Shown: positions 26,425-39,082 of the stretch, one piece after another
Layout of the letters: every line of letters starts with the position of its first letter
Numbering within the stretch: position 1 is the stretch's first letter
Source of the DNA: the human T2T-CHM13v2.0 reference genome, Homo sapiens
Reading direction: 5' to 3' (one strand)
Length of the DNA stretch: 64,000 bases
Assembly: GCF_009914755.1 (NCBI RefSeq)
Contig: NC_060933.1
Notes under the pieces: generated by a model
The model's database searches: none
What the model was told of the DNA's origin: nothing
Seen by the model: the letters and a program-made list of their open reading frames with translations, nothing else
Position numbers and translations under genes: made by a program

Positions 26425-26800
26425 TTCCTTCCTTCCTTTTCTTCCTTCCTTCCTTCCTTCCTTCCTTCCTTCCTCCTTCCCTCCCTCTCTCTCTCTCTTT
26501 TTCTTTCTTTGTTCATTTCTGAGACAGAGTCTTGCTCTGTCATTCAGGCTAGAGTGTAGTGGCTGGATTATGGCTCACTGCCGCCTTGACCTCCTAGGCT
26601 CAAGCAATCCTCTCACCTCAGCCTCCCTAGTAGCTGGGACTATTGGCATGCTCAGCTAATTTTTTTCTCCTTTTCTTTTTGTAGAGACAGGGTCTCATCA
26701 TGTTGCCCAGGCTGGTCTTGGACTCCTTGGATCAAGCAATCCTGCTGCCTCAGCCTCCCAAAGTGCTGGATTACAAGCATGAGCCACTGTGCCCAGCCTT
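26425..26800 (-). mobile_element. AluJ with (TTCC)n/(CT)n tail
   Basis: Pyrimidine microsatellite at 26425-26510 followed by an antisense Alu. Confidence 0.88.
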
Positions 26801-26836
26801 AAGTTTTTTTCATACAGGAGGAAAGAATTTGGAAAG

Positions 26837-26840
<4 letters not shown>

Positions 26841-26889
<49 letters not shown>
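26841..26889. repeat. (TG)n microsatellite
   Basis: Perfect run visible directly in the sequence. Confidence 0.97.
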
Positions 26890-26890
<1 letters not shown>

Positions 26891-27091
26891 GGTTAGGGAG
26901 CCAACACATTTTTCTGCAAAGCTTGAATTCTATGCCTCAGTTTTTCATTTTTGTTATGTGCAAAATAAAATCGTATCCTGCTATAGATTTAAACCTGTGA
27001 GCGAATCCTACTCAAAACCTGATTCAAACTTTGTGTAGATCTTTGCCTCTCTGTGGCATAAGAATAAATTCTTCTGGTTTTCTTCCCTCAG

Positions 27092-27495
27092 AAAAATGGA
27101 CTTAGACTTCCCACAAGCCTTCCAGAAAGAACTCACCTGCCTCATCTGCCTGAATTACCTCATAGACCCCATCACTATAGGCTGCGGGCACAGTTTCTGT
27201 AGGCCCTGCCTCTGCCTTTGCTGGGAAGAAGCACACACTCCTGCCCTGCATGCAGGGAATTGTCACAGCAGGAAGATTTCAACCAATATTCTTCTGAAGA
27301 ATCTAGTGTCCATTGCCACAAAAGCCAGTCTCTGGCAATTCCTGAGCTCTAATGAACAAATGTGCGGGATCCACAGGGAGACAAAGATGTTCTGTGATGT
27401 GGGCAAGAGCCTGCTCTGTTTTCTGTGTTCTAACTCTCAGGAACACTGGGGCACAGAAACACTGGCTCACTGAAGGGGCAGCTAAGGAACACTGT
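27092..27495 (+). pseudogene. TRIM43: TRIM43-like pseudogene fragment: isolated first coding exon (RING + B-box), frameshifted
   Basis: [46 protein letters not shown]...TNILLKNLV...[10 protein letters not shown]...MFCD..KSLLC..CSNSQEH closely resembles the TRIM43 N-terminus. Acceptor TTCCCTCAG|AAAAATG, donor TGT|GTAAG. CPACRE and the exon end lie in shifted frames. No later TRIM exons were seen. Confidence 0.88.
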
Positions 27496-27798
27496 GTAAG
27501 TGATGACTCAGAGCACTTTGAAAGCTGGAGGGCAGCACAGGTAAAGAGATTAGGAGGAAGATGAAGAGCACGAGGATTAATCTATTCTTTACCGAGTGTC
27601 ATGTACTGCCTAGGTATCAGTGATATAACTATTATCCTGCTATCAAATCTACTGATAAGTGGCTCATTTAACTTATAGGCACTCATCACAATGCAAGAAA
27701 TCCTCTGACTGCTCCTACCATCATGGCCCCTAGCCATGATATGACTTGTCTCCACACTAGCAGAAACTAATCGAGTCCCTATATTAGGGATAAGTGGC

Positions 27799-27801
<3 letters not shown>

Positions 27802-27836
<35 letters not shown>

Positions 27837-27916
27837 TATATATAAATTTTATATGATATATAAAACATAAATATTTATACAATATATATTATATACATAT
27901 ATACATACATATATAT
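27802..27916. repeat. (TA)n and AT-rich low-complexity tract
   Basis: Visible directly in the sequence. Confidence 0.9.
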
Positions 27917-27981
27917 CACAATGCCAAAAATGTTTTGTCTTCGAAATAATCACAGTGCATTTGGAGAGACAAATGCATCTA

Positions 27982-28417
<436 letters not shown>

Positions 28418-29105
28418 TTATGACACAGAACAAATGCAACATGAATATGTCATGGTTATGAACATGTAGACTACTCAAGATTGTGTATTTTTAAAATAAT
28501 AGAATACTAGGTTAAAAAATGAGCATTACAGAATGAAAAATAAGCCACAAATTAGCAGAAGATAATTGTAACACATAAAAACAAAGGATTAAATACAATG
28601 GTAATGTAATGATAGCTATTCTTACAAAGTTGTTTCTATGTCTCAGGTACTATGCTGAACAACATACGTGCATCTTGAATGCGTGAAGAATTCCTATATA
28701 AGAAAAACACAAACAACAACATTTAAAATGAGCAAAAAACCCGAATAGGAATTTCACAGAAGAGAAAACATAAATGGCCCATAAACATAATAAAAGATAC
28801 TCAACTACAATTCTAATCAGGGAAATAAATATTAAAACCCCAAAGAGATACCACTTCATACTCTAGGAAAAACCTAAAAGGCTGTGAATATCTAGTTTCA
28901 TTGAGGAAGAACAATGGGAAGACTATTCACTGCTGGTGAGGGTGTAGATTGGTACAACTGCCTTGGAGAACAGTATGATGCCACTCAATAGAGCTGAACA
29001 CACACATGCCCAATGACCAAGCAATTCCACTCCAGGTACATACTGGAAAAATACTCCTGCACAAGTAGAATAGGAGACACTGCATAACAAAGTTCACTAC
29101 AACAT

Positions 29106-29336
29106 GAGGCTGAGGTGGGAAGATGGCTTGAGACCAGGAGTTCGAGGCTGCACCAGTAGCTGGGACTATAAGCATGTGTCACCGTGCCTGGCTAATTTTT
29201 TGCTGTTGTGGTTGTTGTTAGAGATGAGGTCTTCCTTTATTGAACAAGCTGGTCTCCAACTCCTGGCTTCAAGTGATCTTCCCACTTCTGCCTCCCAAAG
29301 TGCTGGGACTACAGGTGTGAGCCACCATGCCCAGCC
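29106..29336 (-). mobile_element. AluJ with an inverted ~47-bp right-arm segment (29106-29152) and missing 3' end
   Basis: The antisense body stops at CCCAGCTACTGG. Its expected continuation GAGGCTGAGGTGGGAAGATGGCTTGAG...GAGGCTGCA is on the plus strand immediately adjacent. Confidence 0.8.
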
Positions 29337-31803
29337 AAGTTCTGCTTCTTAACCTGAGGTAGATACTTTGATGTTTCATTTTCCTTTATTGTACAGATAT
29401 ACTTTATATTCTCATATGTGACACAAGTCAAAATTTAAAAAAACAATTTAATGTTTATTCCCTTTAGATGAATGATGGGCAAATTTACATAATGAATTCA
29501 TTACTGAAACAATGTATAGATTTCAGACTAGGAAAGTAACTATTTATAAAAGAAAAGCTTAAAACCTGAAACAGAAACAAAATCCTGAAACTGTAAAATT
29601 GAGTCAAACTAAAATTTAAAAAACAAAGCAATGATATAAAGTATCATTTGTCCAAATGTGTTCTACAAAACGCTTTTTTCTTAAATATGTCTGAGGAAAA
29701 ACAGGTTCTAGGAGTAAAATATGTTTGAAAAATGCTGAGTTAAACAACTGAACCTATGAAGGAAGGAATAGAACTTCTCAAGCTCTTGGCTCTGGAATCT
29801 TTTTTACATGGCAATTAACACCATGCTTCTTCTTGGATTTGTATTTCAGATAAACACAATCTGGGAAACATTTTATAATACAGAGGGCCACACCAGATTG
29901 AATATTGCCCCCAGGAATGAAATGAAAACAGGAATGGATTCTCCAGTAAGAGGTACCCAGATATCCTAATCTTCAGTAGCTGACCTAAACCCTGGACAAG
30001 TGGGATCAAATCCCATAACCAAACACAACTTTTTAGGAACTAAGTGGATAATCACTCTGTGTTGTATGAACATGTGGGCAGTGTGTTTCCTACACAGCTT
30101 AAAAGTGCAACAAAGAAAGATCTAGGTGTCATATAAAGAATTTCTACCACTGTTAGGGTAATGGTGGACTGACAGGCAGAGGGGCTCAGATGTGACTTAA
30201 GTAAAGTTCAATAGAAGCTTCCAGCACAGATATTCATGTTTCAAATTGGACCGCTCAGTTAAAAAGTTTTCCCATTAGACTTCCCCTAATCAAATTAGAA
30301 ATTATCTAATTTTCTAATAAAGTTTTCCCCAGGCACAAGGAATCTGTGAACTGGACCTAAAAAATTCTTCGTAATGTACTTTTATTACCATAAAAGATGC
30401 ACATTTATTTTAAAAACTTCTCTACACCACTATCATAAACCTTTGCACACACTTATTTCTTTTGGAAGCTAACTTCTGAGTGGTAATGAAATATATTCTT
30501 AAGAAAAAAGTCCGACACAATGCCTTTGCGTCTTAAAATATGTTAAAATATTATTTGAAAAGAGTCAAACATCTGTCTTTTCAGGGTATCACAGGGCGTC
30601 AAACTGGAAAATGTGGCACTGCCTGGAGTTTCTACCTGGTGAAGGGTGGCAGACTTTTCTCTTCAGAGGACTCTTGACAGGGTAGCATCCATTATCTTGC
30701 CAATTTACTACAACCTAGGCCCAATCCTCAGTCTTATAGGTTCAGAAATTTATTTTTATCAGCATCAACAGGGTAGCTACATTGCTTAGAAGCAAACAAA
30801 ATTGACCATGCTTCAATAGAAATCAGGATATAGATGTATTAATACAGAATGACAAATATAACTGTGACAGAAATAGGAATGCCTGTTTATGGTCATATAC
30901 GGCCAATACTTTCATTACAGCCAAACTCATATATGCAGCCAAATAAGAGGCCCCTGGATACACAGGGAATCAGAATAAAAAAAGAAGAACTGAACATTTA
31001 ATAGTCTTCTTTCATTCAATCAATAATTTTTTTTAATTAAGCAACTACTATGTCTGGGTAACCTTCTAGGTCCTGGGGATACAGAGGTCTCTGCTTACAG
31101 AAGTCATATGTAAGTAGCAGGTGAAGAGTATGTGTTTCACAGAAGTTTATTACAATATATTAACAAGAGCAAAAAATTTTGGAAGCAATCTAAATGTTCA
31201 ATAATAGAGCTCCAATTAAATAACAATAAATCCAAATAATGAAAAATAATGCAGCCCTTTAAGAATAAGCACTTGCAAGCCGTAATTCATGACATGGGAA
31301 AATTATCATAATGGAAAAAGAAGCAAGCTATATACAGTGCATGATCCTATACACACACATACATACATACATATTTCCTATCCCTTTATATGCATAAGAA
31401 AACAAGCGGGAGGAAAGTCGTATCTTTAGTCAAGTCTTGTTTACTAACGTACTATTAATGATTATCTTTTCTTTTTCTTTATACCTTTTTGCATTTTTCA
31501 ATTTCCTAAAATAGCCTTACATGCCTTTTATCACCAGGAGAAAAATTACTTCTAAAGTAATTTCAGTCAACATGCATACTAAGAACTCTTCAGATTTATC
31601 TGTTAGAAGCTGTGCATGAATGCCAGTCCTTGCATCTGTCTTGGAACTCACAGAGAGCTCTTTTCCCATGGCTTTAAGCAATACTCAAAAAGACTAGCAT
31701 ACCTGAATTTCCTAGTCCTATGTTTTTTTCATCCAACAGCCAGTCTTGTATTTCTAGCTGTTTTCTAAACATTTCAACCAAACCATTTTACAGATAACTC
31801 ATA

Positions 31804-32119
31804 CAGTCATCCTTTGATATGCATGGGGAATTGGTTCCAGGATCCCCCTTGTATACCAAAATCCATGGATGCTCAAGTTACTGGTATAAAATAGTGTAGT
31901 ATTTGCATATAACCTACACACATCCTCCTATATACTTTAAATAATCTCTAGATTACTTAATAACAATTAATACGATGTAAATGCTACGTAAATAGTTGGT
32001 ATACCATGTTGTTTTTTATTTGTATCATTTTTTATCGTTGTATTGTTTTTTCTGACAATTTTGTTCCACAGTTGTTTGAATCAGTGGATGCAGAACCCAT
32101 GAATATGGAGAGTCAATTG
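31804..32119 (+). mobile_element. MER2 (Tigger-derived non-autonomous DNA transposon)
   Basis: TA-CAGTCATCC...TTGGTTCCAGGA...ATACCAAAATCCATGGATGCTCAAGT...GGATGCAGAACCCATGAATATGGAG, with degenerate terminal inverted repeats. Confidence 0.88.
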
Positions 32120-32240
32120 CATTTTATTATGCCCAAAGGTAAATGCATAATTTTTCCACACAGCTAATCTTCTAGCAACCCCATTGCTGTCCATGGCAAA
32201 CAGGCTTAGTTAATCTCGCCCTTTCCCGTTTCAGGTTCAT

Positions 32241-32620
32241 TATACACCATGGAATACTATGCAGCCATAAAAAATGATGAGTTCATGTCCTTACTAGGGA
32301 CATGGATGAAGCTGGAAACCATCATTCTCAGCAAACTATCGCAAGGACAAAAAACCAAACACCGCATGTTCTCACTCATAGGTGGGAATTGAACAATGAG
32401 AACACTTGGACACAGGAAGGGGAACATCACACACCAGGGCCTGTTGTGGGGTGGGGGGAGGGGGGAGAGATAGCATTAGGAGATATGCCTAACATAAATG
32501 ATGAGTTAATGGGTGCAGCACACCAACATGGCACACGTATACATATGCAACAAACCTGCACATTGTTCATGTGTACCCTAGAATTTAAAGTATAAAAAAA
32601 ATAAAAAAATAAAGAAAGAA
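32241..32620 (+). mobile_element. Young L1PA 3' end (5'-truncated)
   Basis: TACACCATGGAATACTATGCAGCCATAAAAAATGATGAGTTCATGTCC...TGTACCCTAGAATTTAAAGTAT plus A tail. Confidence 0.95.
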
Positions 32621-35490
32621 ATAGATGTTCTGTAAAAATATACACAATTTTTACAGACAAATACATTTATAAGTTGTTTTTATCTTAAAAATTGGGGATA
32701 TTTCATATTTATAACTAAATATTGAGCCTTAAGTTTTCTTGGCCATTTCTAGGCTAATAAACTAAGAATCATGTAAACTAAGCCAAAGTAGAATAGACAT
32801 AAAAGTCCTGAACACTTCAACTTCCTATCCTTCAAGAAGTATACCTCGCAAAGCTCATTTGAGAGAGGAAAAGCTTTCCTCCACCCTCGGTTTTACAGTG
32901 CTGAGGCTTCTCATCACATTTCTATGACTTGTAGCTTAAATCCATGTTACATGGTCACTGGCATTGTTAGTGCTTCTCTTTTAACACTGTAGGAATTAAT
33001 CAATTTGGTGGCATATTTAATTAATTCTATCACTAGAGGATTGTAAAATTACATATATGAATACCTCACTTTAGAGGCCACTTAATTTTTTTCCAAGGGG
33101 ATATTTGACTATATTTCACTTGTGTTTTATTTAATGATTTTATAATTTAAACCCTAAATTATAAATCTAGAATTTAGAAAGTATATTTCCCCACTGGATT
33201 ACATTTTTGGAAATATTACTTTATATGTGCACAAATATTACAAAATCACTGTAGACACCTGAAAACTATATTATCTTTTAAAGACAATATTTACATTAAA
33301 CTGGTATAACAAAATTGTTTGGTGCATTTTTTCCAGTACATTTTGTGTATATTACATGTTTAACCTTTTTTTATTCAGCAAATAATTTTTGAGTATCTAC
33401 TAAGTGCTAGGTTCTGCATTACTAACTGAATTTAAAGAGTGAAATAACAGACATGGTCTCAGACAATAAAAATTAACATTAGGTCACTTATTTATATATT
33501 TTTAAATGGTAATTATGAAAACTTTTTGAGATTTTTAACTAGATAACATTATAATAACGCACTTGATGTTGTTAATAGTTGCCAGTGAGCAAAAAAGAAA
33601 ATAAAAAGATGGTTTTATTCAATATACACTTTAAAATTGCAGAAAATAGTCAAGTTTCTCTGCTTTGCAGTTGAATGTCTATGTGTTTTTCTCTGCAACT
33701 TGGCTTTTGTGGAGTGAAACAATTATTCTTCCAGCCCAATGAAGGCAGACGAGTAACAATAAATCTAATATTTTAAATGCTTATCAAAAGATAGTAAACA
33801 CATTATTTCAGAATACTGAGTTCAATAAGTTGACCTACAAAAAAAGCCAAACTGACAGTATTACTGAATAAGGAAAGGCCCAAAGAGACAAAATACTTTT
33901 TATTTTGTAACCTCGGTATGACACAACTTACCCTAACTATAAAGACCCTAAATTACCAAGATGGGTGCTTATAATATGGAGAGTTACAAAGTCATTTCAC
34001 TTTTAGCTTTTTTATTTCTCTCAGAATAAAAAGTGTATAAGGAGTTGATAGAGAAGTTGATACTATAAGTTAGTACTACAATGACAGCACTTTTCAAGAA
34101 AAGACTTTTTTCTCTCTTACAAATATCATGTTAGCAGTATTTGTTTTCTCCAGAAATAATGAGTAAATAAAAACATAAGTATGTGGGTAATTAGTGTAGT
34201 TTCTTAAGTAAATGAGTTAGGCAACAGGCTAATAATGTATATTTCACTGGCTTTTCAATGCCAACAATCATATTCTTTATAAGGCACAGAGAAGATTTTT
34301 CTAAAGAATAAGTATGTGAACCTGAAAAGTAATCACCACTTGGTAGTGACAATATGGATAGGGTGAAGGGCGTCACCAAGAAGCAATGAAAAGATACATT
34401 TGCAGTTAAATTTGAAAACCATGATGTTTAATACATATAGTAATAAAGAATACTTTTTCCTGTCTCAAAATTATTTTAGAATTTAAGATAGAAGCTAAAA
34501 TACCTAGGGATAATGATATGACTATCAAAAATTAAAAATTAAAGGATATTTTGAGTATTATAAATTAAGAATGAGAACTTATTACCCAATGAACAGGGGA
34601 TAATTCATTATGCTCCATATCCATTGAATTAAAAGACAGGCCCATTACCTGGATAATTTGAAAGTTTAATTTTATTTAAAAGTCTTGTTTCATTCATCAA
34701 GCTAAAGGATTAGCTCCCAGAAATATTCCAGGATTGCATATCCCCAACTCTGTAGGAAGTATAGAAAGAATGTTATAAGGGCCACCATCTAAACATTATT
34801 ATATAAATAATTTAGTACCATTCCATTTGCCTTTGTAGATTTAAAAATGTAAATGGCTTTCTCATATTAGGAAACATCACTTTTCAAAACCCAGGTAAAC
34901 ATAGTATATTGCAAGAGAATAATTATTTTCTTTATTAAAAAAGAAATACTGGATGCTAAGTCCAAAAGACATAAATTATTTTATACTAATAACTACTAAT
35001 ATTTTATTCATTAAAATATAAAGGTCAAAGATTTCAAAATGATCTTTAAATGATTAATAACATGTTGATCTTTTTCTTCTTTCTGTAAACCTTTTTGAGT
35101 CTTAACAATACTAAACTATACAAGCAATATTAAATAGTATATAAACTTGGATTAAAATATTCAAATTTACTAGAATGTGGACACTGGAAAGAATGAAAAT
35201 AAACAGAAGCATAAAGCAGCAGATATAAAATTAAGAAAGCAACTAAGAGTGTTTAAAGTGCATATTCATCTGTAGTCTAATGTCTACCATAAACAATGAC
35301 TCTTCTCAGTAAAACACAAATTGTTCATGAAGGGAAAAAGCATGTTGTATTAGAGCATATTCAACATAATTTTTTTAGTACTAACTTGTGCCTGGAGTAT
35401 TATTGGTTTTTCTATTATGAACTTATGCACTTGATAATTTTTTTCATCAAAATTGTATGTACAACTCCATTCAAAAGCAGTTTTTGGTCG

Positions 35491-35797
35491 TTTTTTTTTT
35501 TTTTATTTTGAGACAGAGTTTTGCTCTTTTCACCCAGGCTGGAGGGCAATGATGCGAATTTGGCTCACAGCAACCTAGCAAATTTTGCCTCCCAGGTTCA
35601 GGTGATTCTCTTGCCTCAGCCTCTCGAGTGGTTAGGACTACAAGCATGCACCACCATGCCTGGCTAATTTTGTGTTTTTAGTAGAGACATGGTTTTGCCA
35701 TGTTGACCAGGCTGGTCTTGAACTCCTGACCTGAGGTAATCCGCCCACCTTGGCCTCCCAGAGTGCTGGGTATGGGCAAGAGCCACCATACCTGGCC
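35491..35797 (-). mobile_element. AluS element
   Basis: 15-bp TSD TCAAAAGCAGTTTTT (35471-35485 and 35798-35812). Confidence 0.93.
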
Positions 35798-36141
35798 TCA
35801 AAAGCAGTTTTTAAAAGCAAACACAATATAACACCAAAGTTGAAAAATCCATGCTCACTCAAGGATGCCAGGTTTAATAAATTATTGATAGAATACTACA
35901 TCAAAAATAAGACAATAAACCAAAATATACCATTAAAGATGTATCCACTCCTACAACTAGAGATAACTAATCTATCTGGTAGCAAATGATACTTCAATCA
36001 GTTTCAGCATGTCTGAAATCTTTAAGGACAAAAGTGATAAAACATGACTTCATTCTTCATTAGCCTCTTAGAACACTTGAAGGAAAATAATTTCTGAAGC
36101 ACGAAGAGGTAAAGAGGTGTAATCTTTCAAAAAGATATTCA

Positions 36142-36462
<321 letters not shown>

Positions 36463-37002
36463 AGAGTGTAATATCGGTATACACAGATAATACACTGAAT
36501 GAAACAAATAGAATAATTTGAAGAGGTATCTTGATGAACAAGGAGTCATTAGAAAGGTTGTATTTATGTCTTTGAAGGAAATTGCAATGTGAGAAATTAA
36601 TACTTTGACTACTATACTAAAAGTTTATTGCTAACATCTATTGAGTTATTAACGTGTGTTAGGCAGAGTACCATATAATTTACAAGTGTTATCTCATTTA
36701 TTGTAGGTAAAATGTAATTTCAAACTCTGGGAGTATAAATGAATTAGATAGAATAAAATTCTATTTAAATGGCCATCAGTAAATCGGTATCTAGGAACAG
36801 GGTGATACAGTGCCCAAGTTTTCTATTCTTACTAAATGTTGTGTTTCCTTTTCAATGTTTTCTTGGATATTGCTCTTTTTTGGTGATTTTGATTTTTTTT
36901 ATTTTAGAAAACTAATAAATTGACTCTTCTTGGTACTGACTCGGGTTTTATAGAAGAAAAAGTAATTAAATTCTGTACATTTACCTTTACCTCATTTTTT
37001 CT

Positions 37003-37675
37003 CTTTTAAATTTACTTTAATTGACATACAATAAATGTACATGTTATGGGGTACAGAGTGATATTTTGATATATTTATGCAATGCGTAAAGATCAAGTCA
37101 GAGTCATTATCATATCCATTACCTAAATCATGTATTATTTCTTTGCAGTGAGAATATTCAAAATCTTTTCTTTTCGTTATTTGAAAACACACAATAAATT
37201 CCCATTAACTACAGTCACCCAACAGTGCTGTAGAGAACTAGAACTTCTTCCTTCTCTCCAGCTGTAATTTTGTATGTATTAAGCACATTTTTCTTATACT
37301 CTTCTTTCTCCTACTCTTTCCAGGATATGGTAACCAAAACTCTACTATCTACTTCTACGAGATTAAAAATTTTAGCTTCCATACATAAGTGAGAACACGT
37401 AGTTATGTGGTGTTTATATTTCTATGCCAGGCTTATTTCACCTAACATAATGCCCTCCACTTGCATTCTTGTTGCCACAAACAACAGGATTTTGTTCTTT
37501 ATTATGACTAAATAATATTCCATTATATATGTATGTCACATTTCTTTATCCATTCATCTGTTGATGGACACTTTTGTTGATTCCATATCTTGGCTATTGT
37601 GAATAGTGCTGTAATAAACATGGGGGTGCAGGTAACTCTTTGATATACTGATTTTCTTTCCTTTGGATATATACT
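37003..37675 (-). mobile_element. L1MA 3' end
   Basis: Antisense L1MA 3' UTR and ORF2 end (TTCCATATCTTGGCTATTGTGAATAGTGCTG). Confidence 0.85.
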
Positions 37676-38375
37676 GAAAACCATATGATTAAATTAATAA
37701 ACACAATAAAAGCGTTTGGCAAAATTAAATATTCTTACATGACAAAAAACTTCTCAACAATTTAGTATAGAAAATATATGCCTTAACACAAAGGACATAA
37801 AGGACAAATCTACAGCTAAGATCATACTGAGTGTGGAAAAGGTGAAAGATTTTACTGTGAACAAGAAAAAGATTTTACTGGAACAAGAAAAGGATGCCTA
37901 TTCTCACCAATCATATTTCACATAGTGAAAGTCTTAGCCAGGACAATTAGGTGAGAGAAAGAAATAAAGGACATCTGAATTGGAAAGGAGACAGTCAAAT
38001 TGTCCTTGTTTAAAGACAATGTGATCTTATACATGGAAAAAAATAAGACTCTACCAAAAGCTTCTCAGGGTGATACATGAAATTAATAAAGTTTCAGGAT
38101 ATAAATCAACATACAAAAATCAGTAGCATTTCTATATATTGATAGTAAACTAGCTGAAACAAGAAATTAAGAAAGCAATTCCTTTTACAATAGCTACAAA
38201 AATGTACTTAGAAATAAATTTAACCAAGTAAAAGATTTCGACAACAAAAATGACAAATATTAATGAAAGAAATTAAAGAAAACATAAAAAAGCAAAGACA
38301 TCCACGTTTATAGATTGAAATAATATTCTTAAAATGACCCACTATCCTATGTGATTTACAAATTTAGTACAATCA
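37676..38375 (+). mobile_element. L1 ORF2 (RT-region) fragment
   Basis: AAAACCATATGAT..., GAAAGAAATAAAGGACATC, CAGGATATAAATCAACATACAAAAATCAGTAGCATTTCTATAT. Confidence 0.82.
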
Positions 38376-39082
38376 CTAGCTTGTATTTTTAAAAGCACCT
38401 TTGCTGCATATTCTTAACATATTCAATGACAATGCCTGGATTTAAGTTTGAGGTATTATTATATCTATTTTATACTGGGCACAATATAATGTTATCAGAG
38501 GTAACGGTTTTGATTGGTCCTAGGTCATACAGTAATATATACATTGTCATTTATAGACATGCTATCTTTTAATACTCAGGCATTTAGAAAGTTCATTTAG
38601 ACAAAGTTATAAAAACTTGCCTTCCTTTCTGCCTATATCACCTAAAAATCCTAATTTAAGAGGTAATAACATTTTTTATTTGATATACAATTTATCAACA
38701 CAATAAAAATCTAACAATTATCATGTGCAGAGTGTGAAAATCTCATCAGATTAAGGAACACAAAGACATCTTTTTCATATTTTGAATGTAAAACTGTTTT
38801 GGAAACTGTTATTTTTAGAAACAGTTAAAAACATTGTTTCATTAGTTTTTCATGTAAAATTGTGACAACCAGCATGAAATAACTGTCATCACAGAAGCAT
38901 GGTATATTCGATTCCGAAACATATTCTTTGTAAGTTTTAATATATTTATGTATTATTTATACTTAATTGTAACCCATAATGTACAGATATTATTTTTCCT
39001 TCAATTCTTAAGAATATTCTTAAATAATAAAATTAATGAATTATAATTTTTGTTGGTTGGGAAAAAGATACACACGTGACAG

